Shown here in pieces: positions 51,864 to 61,290 of a stretch of 64,000 bases of DNA. The position numbers and the translations under genes are program-made. Position 1 is the first letter of the stretch; each line of letters begins with the position of its first letter. The notes beneath the pieces are model-generated. The model was not told the DNA's origin and did no database searches. It worked only from the letters and a program-made list of their open reading frames with translations. Source of the stretch: Bacteroidaceae bacterium (GTDB lineage Bacteria; Bacteroidota; Bacteroidia; Bacteroidales; Bacteroidaceae); NCBI GenBank assembly GCA_017552435.1, contig JAFZPZ010000004.1, positions 4,600-68,599 of the forward strand, given 5' to 3'.

Positions 51864-53081
51864 ATGAAAAAACTGTTTTTCTTATTGGCAATTACGTTTT
51901 GCCTGACTGCAACGGCGCAGAAGAAAGTTATCGATTCCAAGACAACCTTTGCCCGCGAGGCGCTGCAACCCTACTTTGACCGGGGTGAACTGCCCGGTGC
52001 TATTAGCATTTTCTACAACAACGGTGTACAGGAAGTCTGCTGCATCGGTTATGCCAATGTCGAGACGAAACGTCCCATTCGCTTGGACAATGTATTTATG
52101 CAATGCTCTCAGACAAAAGGCTTCTGCGGCGTAACTATCGCCAAACTGGTGGAAGAGGGCAAACTTTCCCTCGATGATCCTGTCTCGAAGTACCTGCCTG
52201 AGTTCAAGGAGCTATGGGTACAAGACAGCGACAAGGACGGCATCAAGACGTTGCACAAAGCTAAGAATGTGCTGACAGTCCGCATGGTGATGAACCATAC
52301 CGGCGGTTTCTCCTTTGAATGTAGTGCAAAGCGCAATGATGTTCGCGGTGGCGGCTGGTCGGGCGGTGCACCGCTTCGTCAGGTTGCCAGCATAGCAGCT
52401 GGTTCTCCCATCATGTTCGAGCCTGGAACAAAAGATTCATATTCCAATACAGGCATCGATATCGGGGGGGCCATTGTAGAAGTCATTACTGGTATGAAGT
52501 GGGAGGAATATCTGAAGAAGGAAGTTCTCGACCCTCTCGGCATGAAGTCCACTTGGTTCTGGCCCACCGACAAGCAACTCAAGAAACAAATTGAGATGTA
52601 CGACGTAAAGGAAGGACAGCCTGCCAAATACCGCCTCGAGAATGGATGGGAGCAGCGTCCCTACAACGACGGACATGTGTTTGCCTCTGCCGGAGCCGGT
52701 CTTTGGACTACTGCCAACGACCAGTTGAAGTTCTACAAGATGCTGATGAACCTCGGTGTGGGTGACAACGGTGTGCGCATTCTGAAGGAAGAGACCGTGA
52801 AATCCATCCTGGCCCAAACCACACGTCCTGACAACCTGGGCGGCTATTCACTCGGTCTGAATGCACCGAAAGTGGACGGAGAAAACGAATGGTTCGGTCA
52901 CGGCGGAGCCTGGGGCACCAACTGCATGGTCAACTGGCACAAAAAACAGCTAAAACTGTGGGTAGTGCAGATTAATGGTTCTCAGCCATGGAACGGTGCA
53001 GTGAGCAAGGCAGCCGAGAAGTTCTTCTCTCAGACGATTGATACTTCCGGCATTGATGCCTACACAGGAAGAACAAAGTAG
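51864..53081 (+). CDS. Serine hydrolase (class C beta-lactamase / penicillin-binding-protein-like fold)
   Basis: 405 aa with a signal peptide. Contains an SxxK motif (SQTK) and a YSN motif (YSNTG). Confidence 0.8.
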   Translation: MKKLFFLLAITFCLTATAQKKVIDSKTTFAREALQPYFDRGELPGAISIFYNNGVQEVCCIGYANVETKRPIRLDNVFMQCSQTKGFCGVTIAKLVEEGKLSLDDPVSKYLPEFKELWVQDSDKDGIKTLHKAKNVLTVRMVMNHTGGFSFECSAKRNDVRGGGWSGGAPLRQVASIAAGSPIMFEPGTKDSYSNTGIDIGGAIVEVITGMKWEEYLKKEVLDPLGMKSTWFWPTDKQLKKQIEMYDVKEGQPAKYRLENGWEQRPYNDGHVFASAGAGLWTTANDQLKFYKMLMNLGVGDNGVRILKEETVKSILAQTTRPDNLGGYSLGLNAPKVDGENEWFGHGGAWGTNCMVNWHKKQLKLWVVQINGSQPWNGAVSKAAEKFFSQTIDTSGIDAYTGRTK

Positions 53082-53111
53082 TTCACAGTTCATAGTTCAC
53101 AGTTCATAGTT
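53080..53111. repeat. (AGTTCAY)4 heptamer repeat filling the entire spacer between two genes
   Basis: agttcacagttcatagttcacagttcatagtt overlaps the TAG stop at 53079-53081 and ends 2 nt before the trmH-family ATG. Confidence 0.9.
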
Positions 53112-53113
53112 GA

Positions 53114-53896
53114 ATGATAACCAGCACTCAGAATCCACGCATCAAGCATCTTCTGCTGCTTCAACAGAAATCGGCGCAACGCAGAGCTGATAGCCTCTTC
53201 GTCGTAGAGGGGCGTCGCGAGGTGGAACACTGCCTGGCTGCTGGCTTCACCATCCGAACTGCTTTTGTCTGCAAGGAGATATGCCCCCTTCCCCAACCCC
53301 TCCTAGGAGGAGGGGGGCCTGAGGTCATTCCCGTTAGCCCCAATGTCTATGAACGTATCGCCTACCGAAGCGGTACCGAAGGCATTGTGGCTGTTGTGGA
53401 AACCCGGCAGAGGAAACTCAGCGACCTGCGGTTATCGGCTTCGCCGCTCATTGTGGTGCTGGAAAGTGTGGAGAAACCCGGCAACCTGGGTGCTGTACTA
53501 CGTAGTGCTGATGCAGCAGGAGCTGATGCCGTCATTGTCTGTGACCCGCTGACCGACCTCTACAATCCCAACCTCATCCGCTCTGCCGTCGGAGCCCTTT
53601 TCACAGTTCCATGCGTAGCATGCAGCACAGAAGAATGTATCGCATTCTGCAAGGAGAAAGGCATACAAATACTTACGGCACAGTTGCAGGACTCAAGCCT
53701 CTACTACGATACCTCGATGACTGGTCCTACTGCCATTGTGATGGGAACGGAGGCCACAGGGCTTACCGAGCAGTGGCGCCAGGCTGCTGATGCCCACATT
53801 CGCATCCCCATGTTGGGGCGCCTTGACTCGCTCAACGTATCCGTCAGTGCTGCCATCCTGTTGTTCGAGGCCGTCCGACAGCGGCAGGGGAGATAA
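53114..53896 (+). CDS. TrmH/SpoU-family RNA 2'-O-methyltransferase
   Basis: 260 aa. N-terminus NPRIKHLLLLQQK. SpoU motifs VLESVEKPGNLGAVLRSADAAG, IVMGTEATGLT and IPMLGRLDSLNVSVSAAILLFE. Confidence 0.8.
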   Translation: MITSTQNPRIKHLLLLQQKSAQRRADSLFVVEGRREVEHCLAAGFTIRTAFVCKEICPLPQPLLGGGGPEVIPVSPNVYERIAYRSGTEGIVAVVETRQRKLSDLRLSASPLIVVLESVEKPGNLGAVLRSADAAGADAVIVCDPLTDLYNPNLIRSAVGALFTVPCVACSTEECIAFCKEKGIQILTAQLQDSSLYYDTSMTGPTAIVMGTEATGLTEQWRQAADAHIRIPMLGRLDSLNVSVSAAILLFEAVRQRQGR

Positions 53897-53963
53897 TAAT
53901 ATGAAAAAGAGAAAATAAGGAAAATAATTCTTCATACTTGACTCTTCATTCTTCATTTCTTTG

Positions 53964-53971
53964 TATCTTTG
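53964..53971 (+). promoter_or_regulatory. -7 promoter box (TATCTTTG) for the calpain-like protease gene
   Basis: ttgTATCTTTGcat lies 35 nt upstream of the ATG at 54006. Confidence 0.5.
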
Positions 53972-54005
53972 CATGCAATTTCCGATTTAATAAAGATAAA
54001 TAAAG

Positions 54006-55589
54006 ATGAGAACAAAACGTATTCTGAGTGTTGTGTCCTTTATGCTGGCTCTCTGTTCTACAACAATAGCCCAGCAACGCCTGGACATCACGCTTAAAAA
54101 CAAGAGTATTATCTCCTGCCCATTGAATGACATCGACTACATGGAAGTTGTAGAAGGTGCAGCTACTGGTGAACTGGACGGTGTCTGGTATCTGGGCTGG
54201 AAAGTGGGGAACAATGGTTCCGGCACCAAGACGCATTATGACGGTACTGAGGTGTTGGTCTTCATGGCAGGTCCGCAGATGAAGTGGATCAAGTCGTCTG
54301 GGGAGACGGTGTATGACTTGACTTACACAGATGCCGGTGCCAAAGAGGGTCAGACCTTTACTGCTATCAAGGAAGGTTCTTCGACCAAACTTACTTTCCA
54401 GATTGTAGCCATCGAGGGTGATCTCCTTATGCTCAAGCAGGGTACGAACCGCTTATATTTCTATAAGTCGAAAGATGCAGCGACGCTGTCCGAGTTTGTC
54501 GCATATCCCACACGTTCCACCATCTACACCGATGCAGACAAGTTGTGGGCAGCCAACATCAAAGGTGGCGACACGAGTTCGAAGATTACACCTATGGGTA
54601 AGCACTTCGAAAATTACAATGCAGCATCTGATGCGGATATAACATGGCTTGCAAATCCCAGCAACCAACCAGACCTGAGTTATCATGAATTAAATGGGAA
54701 GAGCTGGGTTGCAAAGACAGTCAACCTCTATCCCTTCGGTTCCCCCACGCCTGCCGACGTCAACCAGCATGCCATTGGTGACTGTTGCATGTGCGCCGTA
54801 TTCGCCTCGTTTGCCTACATCTATCCCGACTGGATTAAGACGCTCATCGAGAAGAATGGCAACAACTATACTGTTCACATGTTCGATCCCAAAGGCAATC
54901 CCATCGATGTGGTCGTTGACAATAAGATAATGTGCAATTCCGGCGGCGGCGTTGACCAGGTAACTGGCAAAAACGGCGTTGTCAATTGGGCAACCATCAT
55001 GGAGAAGGCACTCATGAAATGGGAGACACGCTTCAAGTGCAACAAAATTGGTGGCATCGGCACCGAACATGCGTCACCACCATTCACAGGCAATGGTAAC
55101 AGCTACAGTTTCAGCCCCGACAAACTCTACAACAATGAGTTCGACCTGGTGGTCGATTATGCTTTAAGTAATGGACTGATTAGCGTAGGCGGTTTCAATG
55201 TCGGTGGTCTTCTCTGCGGCGAACTGGAAACTGTTACAGGTCATGCTTTCACGGTGATGTATCCTGATGAGGATACAGACTACAAGTTTGTAATGCGTAA
55301 TCCTTGGGGTAATGGCGGTTCACTCGACGGCAAACTCAAAATTCCTTGCAAACGCGAGATTCTGAAGACCATTGATTTCCGCCTGGTTTATCCTGGTGCT
55401 GCAGCTCCCTACAAGCGTGAGGATCTTGGCGCATACACTGTACCTAAGTTCGCTCCTATGGAAATTGACCTGCATCCTTCAGAGGAAATGCTGCGTATGT
55501 ACAACCTGAAGAGCTACGAACCCGTTTGGGCCAAGCCTGAAAGTATTGAATCTGATGCAGATGACGAAATAGAGGAAGCTGAAGAATAA
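54006..55589 (+). CDS. Calpain-type (peptidase family C2) cysteine protease, secreted, with acidic C-terminal tail
   Basis: 527 aa with a signal peptide. Catalytic-triad contexts are AIGDCCMCAVFAS (Cys), TGHAFTV (His) and MRNPWGNGG (Asn). The tail is ESIESDADDEIEEAEE. Confidence 0.7.
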   Translation: MRTKRILSVVSFMLALCSTTIAQQRLDITLKNKSIISCPLNDIDYMEVVEGAATGELDGVWYLGWKVGNNGSGTKTHYDGTEVLVFMAGPQMKWIKSSGETVYDLTYTDAGAKEGQTFTAIKEGSSTKLTFQIVAIEGDLLMLKQGTNRLYFYKSKDAATLSEFVAYPTRSTIYTDADKLWAANIKGGDTSSKITPMGKHFENYNAASDADITWLANPSNQPDLSYHELNGKSWVAKTVNLYPFGSPTPADVNQHAIGDCCMCAVFASFAYIYPDWIKTLIEKNGNNYTVHMFDPKGNPIDVVVDNKIMCNSGGGVDQVTGKNGVVNWATIMEKALMKWETRFKCNKIGGIGTEHASPPFTGNGNSYSFSPDKLYNNEFDLVVDYALSNGLISVGGFNVGGLLCGELETVTGHAFTVMYPDEDTDYKFVMRNPWGNGGSLDGKLKIPCKREILKTIDFRLVYPGAAAPYKREDLGAYTVPKFAPMEIDLHPSEEMLRMYNLKSYEPVWAKPESIESDADDEIEEAEE

Positions 55590-55607
55590 TTCTTTTGCCG
55601 AAACTGC

Positions 55608-55650
55608 AAATCCCCTGCCGGCAGGCTGCCGACAGGGGATTTTCTTTTGT
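55608..55650 (+). terminator. Rho-independent terminator after the calpain-like gene
   Basis: AAATCCCCTGCCGGCAG pairs with CTGCCGACAGGGGATTT and is followed by TCTTTTGT. Confidence 0.75.
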
Positions 55651-55674
55651 GCCCTTCAGCCTTCGCATAGGGAC

Positions 55675-55706
55675 AAAAAAAAGAAGCGTCCTCACGGATG
55701 GCTTCT
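55675..55706 (-). terminator. Minus-strand hairpin + U8 terminator
   Basis: The minus strand reads AGAAGCCATCCGTGAGGACGCTTCTTTTTTTT. It could terminate PBP1A mRNA and/or a short transcript from the orphan promoter at 55823. Confidence 0.5.
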
Positions 55707-55822
55707 CCAAAAACTAAAACTAACAACTATTATTAACCTTCAAACAAATCTTTCTACCTTAAAACATTACTATAACTAACCTATTTTGTACTAATTATGG
55801 TTTTCTCTTTCTTTTTGCACTG

Positions 55823-55830
55823 CAAAGGTA
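55823..55830 (-). promoter_or_regulatory. Orphan -7 promoter box (TACCTTTG) downstream of the PBP1A stop
   Basis: TGCAAAGGTAC (55821-55831) is the same 11-mer that precedes the antiporter gene (11491) and wza (51163). No ORF follows it. Confidence 0.4.
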
Positions 55831-55921
55831 CGACGAAATTTGAAAATGAAAGAATGAATGAATGAAAAAATGAGCAAAATGGCACTTTTGTTGATTTATG
55901 TCAAGTATATAGTCCTTCTGT

Positions 55922-58258
55922 TCACTCACTAATATCGAAACCAATAATTTCTTCCTCTCCTTCGGAGCTCCCTTCATCCTCATCAATGACGCTCTTGCAA
56001 GGGTCGAAATAGCTGGGAATATCAAAGTTCTCCGTCTGGCTGTAGCCGAGGCTTGTGTCTGCATAGACCTTCTGAAGGAAATAGGCGCAAATGGGAAGTG
56101 CTGAGTTGGCACCCTGTCCGATTGCCATACTGGCAAAGTGAACATCACGCTCGTCGCCACCAACCCACGCCCCAAAGCAGAGACGAGGCGTATAGCCCAC
56201 GAACCAACCGTCGCTGTTGTCGTTGGTCGTACCCGTCTTGCCACCCATCGGAGCCGTAATCTTATAGCGATTACGCATACGACTGCCGGTACCTCCATCG
56301 ATAACACCGCGCATCATGACAATCATCTTGTAGGCTGCTTCCTCCGAGATTACCTCCTTGACCCTCGACTGGAACTGCGTCAGAACATTACCGTCGCTGT
56401 CTTCAATACGAGTGACGAAGAGCGGACAGCGGCGTACGCCTTTCTCGGGAAAGGCAGAATAGGCGCCTACCATCTCGGCCACAGAAATATCACAGGGACC
56501 GAGGCATAATGACAATGAGGGCACGATATCCTGGTTCTGTATGCCGAAGTCATGCAACAGCTTGACGAACAACTCGGGGCTGAGTTGGCTAAGCAGCCAT
56601 GCAGAAATCCAGTTGTTACTCATTGCCAATCCCCATTTCAGCGTCACCATCTCGCCATAGCGCGCACGGCTACCGTTACGGGGTGTCCATAGCTGATTGC
56701 CTGCCACTACGTAGGATTGCTGCACATTGGGTGCTTCATCGCAGGGAGTCCACCCATTCTCCATTGCCAGCGAATAGAGATAGGGCTTGATGGTAGAGCC
56801 TACCTGACGTTTGCCCTGAGTACACATATCATATTGGAAGTGGCTATAATCCACACCACCGATATAGGCCTTCACGTATCCCGTCTCAGCATCCATGCAC
56901 ATGAAGCCTGTGCGAAGGAAGGACTTGTAGTAGCGGATACTGTCCAGAGGCGACATAACCGTGTCTATGTCCCCGTGCAGGGAATAAACTGTCATCTCGA
57001 TAGGTTTCGAGAAGGCATCATCGATTTCCGCATCGGAGTAGCCGGCTTTCTTCATCTCGAGATAGCGGCTGCTTTGGCGTTTCGCACGAGCCAAATTTGC
57101 ACGGGCCTTGTCAGCCGAAATGGCAGAGGCATAGGGCGCGTTTCTGTTTCTGCTCTGCTCTTTGTCGAATTGTGGTTGCAACTCGCCTGTGACGTGTCTG
57201 GCAACTGCATCCTCGGCATATTCCTGCATACGGCTGTCCAGAGTGGTATAGACCCTCAACCCGTCGGTATAGATGTTATAAGGCCGTCCGTCGCGGTTCA
57301 TATTCTTGTTGCACCAGCCATAGAGCGGGTCTTGTTCCCACGACAGCGAGTCCTCATAGAACTTCTGCTTCTGCCATGAGGGATAGTCACTGCGGACGGG
57401 CTTCTTGGCCATGAGTATCTGGCGCAGGTGGTCGCGCAGATAGGTGGCGTGTCCTTCTTTATGGCTGACACGATGGAAATTGAGTCCCAATGGGCGGTTC
57501 CGCAAATCCTCGCGCTGTGCCTGAGTCAGGAATCCGGCCTTCTCCATCTGTTTCAGCACAATATTACGGCGCTCCAGGCAACGCTCCGGCTGGCGGACAG
57601 GATTGAAATAGCTGGGATTTTTGCACATGCCCACAAGCAAAGCACATTGGCAAGTATCGAGAGACATCGGATCTTTGCCGAAGTAAGTCTGTGCGGCCGT
57701 CTTGATACCGACAGCATTGTGCAGGAAGTCGAAATAGTTGAAGTACATCCCGATGATTTCCTCCTTCGTATAGAAACGCTCCAACTTCAGGGCGATAACC
57801 CATTCGATAGGCTTCTGCAGAAGGCGTTCCTGCGTTGTGGCTGCTTTCTCGGAGTAGAGCTGCTTGGCCAGTTGCTGTGTGATGGTGCTACCGCCGCCCG
57901 CGCTTTTCTGCTGCAATACGCCACGTTTCACAATAGCTCGCACCAATGCCCAAAAGTCGATGCCGTTATGCTCGTAGAAACGGACATCCTCTGTGGCAAT
58001 AAGTGCCTGCACCAGAGCAGGGGGCAGTTCATTGAAGTCGGCGAAGACACGGTTGGCACTGCTGTAGCTCCAGGTACCCAACTGCTTACCGTCGGCCGAG
58101 AAGACCTGCGTAGCAAACTTGTTGACGGGATTCTGCAACTGCTGGATGTTGGGCATATAGCCTATAGCACCTGTGAAGATGCCGTAGAATATGACACCGA
58201 TGACGATTACGCCCAATATGTAACACGTCCAAAGGAAGATGAACAGTTTCTTTCTCAT
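55922..58258 (-). CDS. mrcA: Penicillin-binding protein 1A (bifunctional transglycosylase/transpeptidase)
   Basis: The ATG at 58258 gives MRKKLFIFLW.... GT51 motifs EDVRFYEHNGID and GGSTITQQLAK are present, with the transpeptidase motifs SxxK (STIK) and KTGTT. The longer ORF start (58294) lies upstream of the -7 box. Confidence 0.9.
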   Translation of the reverse strand: MRKKLFIFLWTCYILGVIVIGVIFYGIFTGAIGYMPNIQQLQNPVNKFATQVFSADGKQLGTWSYSSANRVFADFNELPPALVQALIATEDVRFYEHNGIDFWALVRAIVKRGVLQQKSAGGGSTITQQLAKQLYSEKAATTQERLLQKPIEWVIALKLERFYTKEEIIGMYFNYFDFLHNAVGIKTAAQTYFGKDPMSLDTCQCALLVGMCKNPSYFNPVRQPERCLERRNIVLKQMEKAGFLTQAQREDLRNRPLGLNFHRVSHKEGHATYLRDHLRQILMAKKPVRSDYPSWQKQKFYEDSLSWEQDPLYGWCNKNMNRDGRPYNIYTDGLRVYTTLDSRMQEYAEDAVARHVTGELQPQFDKEQSRNRNAPYASAISADKARANLARAKRQSSRYLEMKKAGYSDAEIDDAFSKPIEMTVYSLHGDIDTVMSPLDSIRYYKSFLRTGFMCMDAETGYVKAYIGGVDYSHFQYDMCTQGKRQVGSTIKPYLYSLAMENGWTPCDEAPNVQQSYVVAGNQLWTPRNGSRARYGEMVTLKWGLAMSNNWISAWLLSQLSPELFVKLLHDFGIQNQDIVPSLSLCLGPCDISVAEMVGAYSAFPEKGVRRCPLFVTRIEDSDGNVLTQFQSRVKEVISEEAAYKMIVMMRGVIDGGTGSRMRNRYKITAPMGGKTGTTNDNSDGWFVGYTPRLCFGAWVGGDERDVHFASMAIGQGANSALPICAYFLQKVYADTSLGYSQTENFDIPSYFDPCKSVIDEDEGSSEGEEEIIGFDISE

Positions 58259-58280
58259 CAAAAATGTCGTTTTAAGACTA

Positions 58281-58288
58281 CAAAGGTA
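58281..58288 (-). promoter_or_regulatory. -7 promoter box (TACCTTTG) for PBP1A
   Basis: The plus strand reads CAAAGGTA, 23 nt upstream of the ATG at 58258. Confidence 0.5.
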
Positions 58289-58299
58289 CAACAAATAAA

Positions 58300-58326
58300 T
58301 GAAAAGTGAAAAGTGAAAAGTGAAAA
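58300..58326. repeat. (GTGAAAA) heptamer repeat, about 4 units
   Basis: tgaaaagtgaaaagtgaaaagtgaaaa. Its position relative to the -7 box matches that of the array at 11511-11536. Confidence 0.9.
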
Positions 58327-58350
58327 ATTATAATAATAATGAAATAACTT

Positions 58351-58376
58351 TAATCCCTAATCCCTAATCTCTAATC
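58351..58376. repeat. (TAATCCC) heptamer repeat, about 3.7 units
   Basis: taatccctaatccctaatctctaatc. A shorter copy, aatccctaatcccc, lies at 10512-10525. Confidence 0.9.
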
Positions 58377-58383
58377 TTTTTAT

Positions 58384-58391
58384 TACCTTTG
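58384..58391 (+). promoter_or_regulatory. -7 promoter box (TACCTTTG) for pyrB
   Basis: attTACCTTTGcaa lies 20 nt upstream of the ATG at 58411. Confidence 0.5.
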
Positions 58392-58410
58392 CAACGAAAA
58401 ACGAGAAGCA

Positions 58411-59355
58411 ATGGAAAATAGAAGTCTTGTAACCATAGCTCATCATTCCCGCCAAAAACTTGAGTACCTCATCCGTATGGCGCAGGAGTTTGAGAAACAC
58501 CCGAATCGCCGCCTGCTTGAGGGGCGTATCGTAGCCACTTTATTCTTTGAGCCCAGTACCCGCACCCGCCTCAGTTTCGAGACCGCAGCCAATCGCCTTG
58601 GCGCGAAAGTTATCGGTTTCGCTGATCCCAAGGTGACCAGCGGCACGAAGGGCGAGACACTCAAGGACACAATCATGATGGTATCGAACTATGCCGACAT
58701 CATCGTCATGCGCCACCATCTGGAAGGCGCCGCACAGTATGCCAGCGAGGTGTCGCCCGTGCCTGTCGTCAATGCCGGCGACGGCGCCAACCAGCATCCA
58801 AGCCAGACGATGCTCGACCTCTATACCATCAACCAGACACAAGGTACCCTGGAGAACCTGAACATCTATTTGGTAGGCGACCTCAAGTACGGCCGCACCG
58901 TCCACAGCCTCCTCACGGCTATGAGACACTTCTCGCCTACCTTCCACTTCATCGCGCCCGACGAACTGGCTATGCCCGAACACTATAAGATGTATTGCCG
59001 CGAGAATGGCATCAAGTTCGTCGAGCATCAGGACTTCGACGCTGACACAATTGCCGGAGCAGACATATTATATATGACGCGCGTGCAAAGGGAACGCTTC
59101 ACCGACCTCGACGAATACGAACGCGTCAAGGACCGCTATCTGCTGAAGCGCGCGATGCTCTCGAAGGCAAAACCCAACATGAAGATTCTGCATCCGCTGC
59201 CTAGGGTCAACGAGATAGAGTACAGCATCGACGACACGCCCTACGCCTACTATTTCCAGCAGGCTCGCAACGGCCTCTATGCCCGTCAGGCAATCCTTTG
59301 CGACACGCTCGGCATTACACTCGACGATATTATCAACGATAAAAACATACTATGA
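58411..59355 (+). CDS. pyrB: Aspartate carbamoyltransferase catalytic subunit
   Basis: 314 aa. Contains [17 protein letters not shown] and HPLPR motifs. Confidence 0.92.
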   Translation: MENRSLVTIAHHSRQKLEYLIRMAQEFEKHPNRRLLEGRIVATLFFEPSTRTRLSFETAANRLGAKVIGFADPKVTSGTKGETLKDTIMMVSNYADIIVMRHHLEGAAQYASEVSPVPVVNAGDGANQHPSQTMLDLYTINQTQGTLENLNIYLVGDLKYGRTVHSLLTAMRHFSPTFHFIAPDELAMPEHYKMYCRENGIKFVEHQDFDADTIAGADILYMTRVQRERFTDLDEYERVKDRYLLKRAMLSKAKPNMKILHPLPRVNEIEYSIDDTPYAYYFQQARNGLYARQAILCDTLGITLDDIINDKNIL

Positions 59356-59807
59356 AACGACAAGAAATGCAGGTGGCTGCCCTCCAGAACGGAACAGTCA
59401 TCGACCACATACCATCCTCCAAGCTCTTTCAGGTCATCAGCCTGCTCCACCTCGAGAAAGAGCGTTCCGCCGTCACCATCGGCTACAACCTCAAGAGCAA
59501 GAAGATGGGAAGCAAGAGTATCATCAAGATTGCAGACAAGTTCTTCTCCGACGACAAGATCAACCAGCTTTCCGTCGTTGCGCCCAACGTCACGCTCAGC
59601 ATCATCCGCGACTATGAGGTGGTGGAGAAGAAGGAGGTCAGGATGCCCGAGGAACTCATCGGCATCGTCAAGTGCGACAACCATAAGTGCATCACGAACA
59701 ACGAGCCGATGAAGACCCGTTTCCACTTCCTCGGCAAGGAACGCGGCACCCTCCAGTGCCACTACTGCAACAGGGAAATAAGTCTGGCAGAAGTTAAACT
59801 CGTATAA
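59352..59807 (+). CDS. pyrI: Aspartate carbamoyltransferase regulatory subunit
   Basis: 151 aa. [14 protein letters not shown] at the N-terminus. A zinc domain with C..KC....E......CHYC. The start overlaps the pyrB stop as ATGA. Confidence 0.9.
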   Translation: MKRQEMQVAALQNGTVIDHIPSSKLFQVISLLHLEKERSAVTIGYNLKSKKMGSKSIIKIADKFFSDDKINQLSVVAPNVTLSIIRDYEVVEKKEVRMPEELIGIVKCDNHKCITNNEPMKTRFHFLGKERGTLQCHYCNREISLAEVKLV

Positions 59808-59810
59808 GAT

Positions 59811-61091
59811 ATGAAACAAGACACAACAGTTTTCTCCCTCATCGAGAAGGAGAACGAGCGACAGCGGAAGGGCATCGAGCTCATCGCTTCAGAGAATTAC
59901 GTAAGTGACCAGGTAATGGCGGCTATGGGCTCCTGCCTGACCAACAAATATGCCGAAGGCTATCCCGGCAAGCGCTACTATGGCGGCTGTCAGGTGGTCG
60001 ATGAGGTGGAGCAGCTCGCTATCGACCGCGTCTGCCAGCTCTTCGGAGCTGAGTATGCCAACGTGCAGCCGCACTCCGGTGCTCAGGCCAATGCAGCCGT
60101 CTTCCTGGCTTGCCTCAACCCAGGCGACACCTTTATGGGACTCAACCTCGATCACGGCGGGCACCTCAGCCACGGTTCCCTCGTCAACACCAGCGGCATC
60201 ATCTACAGACCCGTCGGCTACAACCTGAAGAAGGAGACAGGTCGTGTGGATTACGACGAGATGGAGCAGCTTGCCCTCGAGCACAAACCCAAGCTCATCA
60301 TCGGTGGCGGTTCGGCTTACAGCCGTGAATGGGACTATGCCCGTATGCGCAAGATTGCCGACGAGGTTGGCGCGCTCCTGATGATTGATATGGCGCATCC
60401 CGCAGGTCTCATCGCTGCCGGCTTGCTCGACAATCCCGTGAAGTACGCACACATCGTGACCTCGACGACCCACAAGACGCTTCGCGGTCCTCGCGGCGGT
60501 ATCATCCTCATGGGCAAGGACTTCGACAATCCCTGGGGCAAGACGACTCCGAAGGGCGAAATCAAGAAGATGTCTGCCCTGCTGAACAGCGCTGTCTTCC
60601 CTGGCATCCAGGGCGGTCCGCTGGAGCACGTCATCGCTGCAAAGGCTGTTGCCTTCGGCGAAGCGCTGCAACCCGAGTTCAAAGAGTGGGCAAAGCAGGT
60701 GAAGAAGAATGCAGCCGTTTTGGCCGACGAACTCATCAAACGCGGCTTCGACATCGTCAGCGGCGGTACGGACAACCACTCCATGCTCGTTGATTTGCGC
60801 TCGAAGTATCCCGACCTCACCGGTAAAGTGGCAGAGAAGGCCCTTGTGGCAGCCGACCTGACCGTCAACAAGAATATGGTGCCCTTCGACAGCCGCAGCG
60901 CTTTCCAGACCTCCGGCATCCGCCTCGGCACACCCGCCATCACGACTCGTGGTGCCAAGGAAGACCTGATGGTCAAGATTGCCGAGTTCATCGAGCGCGT
61001 CCTCAACGCTCCCGAAGACGAAACGGTCATCGCCCAGGTGCGCAGCGAAGTCAACGCCATCATGGCGAACTATCCCATCTTTGCGTATTGA
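59811..61091 (+). CDS. glyA: Serine hydroxymethyltransferase
   Basis: 426 aa. Contains ELIASENY, the PLP-lysine block [15 protein letters not shown], and GTPAITTRG. Confidence 0.95.
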   Translation: MKQDTTVFSLIEKENERQRKGIELIASENYVSDQVMAAMGSCLTNKYAEGYPGKRYYGGCQVVDEVEQLAIDRVCQLFGAEYANVQPHSGAQANAAVFLACLNPGDTFMGLNLDHGGHLSHGSLVNTSGIIYRPVGYNLKKETGRVDYDEMEQLALEHKPKLIIGGGSAYSREWDYARMRKIADEVGALLMIDMAHPAGLIAAGLLDNPVKYAHIVTSTTHKTLRGPRGGIILMGKDFDNPWGKTTPKGEIKKMSALLNSAVFPGIQGGPLEHVIAAKAVAFGEALQPEFKEWAKQVKKNAAVLADELIKRGFDIVSGGTDNHSMLVDLRSKYPDLTGKVAEKALVAADLTVNKNMVPFDSRSAFQTSGIRLGTPAITTRGAKEDLMVKIAEFIERVLNAPEDETVIAQVRSEVNAIMANYPIFAY

Positions 61092-61133
61092 ATCTGCATT
61101 TTCTGAATTAAGAAAAGGCAGCCACACTGAAAC

Positions 61134-61172
61134 GAACCCCGAAAGTTTTGTCTAACTTTCGGGGTTCTTTTC
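61134..61172 (+). terminator. Rho-independent terminator after glyA
   Basis: Perfect 14-bp stem: GAACCCCGAAAGTT (61134-61147) pairs with AACTTTCGGGGTTC (61154-61167). TTTTC follows. Confidence 0.85.
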
Positions 61173-61290
61173 AATTCCGCGAGCCCAGCCAATCATTCCT
61201 AATTCTTCTCGGATTCTCTAGTTCCGCCTGCGCCTGAGCTTTGCGAAGAACCAAGGCGCGCTTCTAATGCGCGGAACACTTTTTCACTCT

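Noticed and set aside
58351-58376. Telomere-like (CCCTAA-containing) repeats, and G-quadruplex potential in the GGGGG-TTN-GGGGG elements.
   Set aside because: The repeat unit is TAATCCC (7 nt), not a telomeric hexamer, and the context is a circular-type bacterial chromosome. The G-run elements have only two G-tracts per strand, too few for an intramolecular quadruplex.
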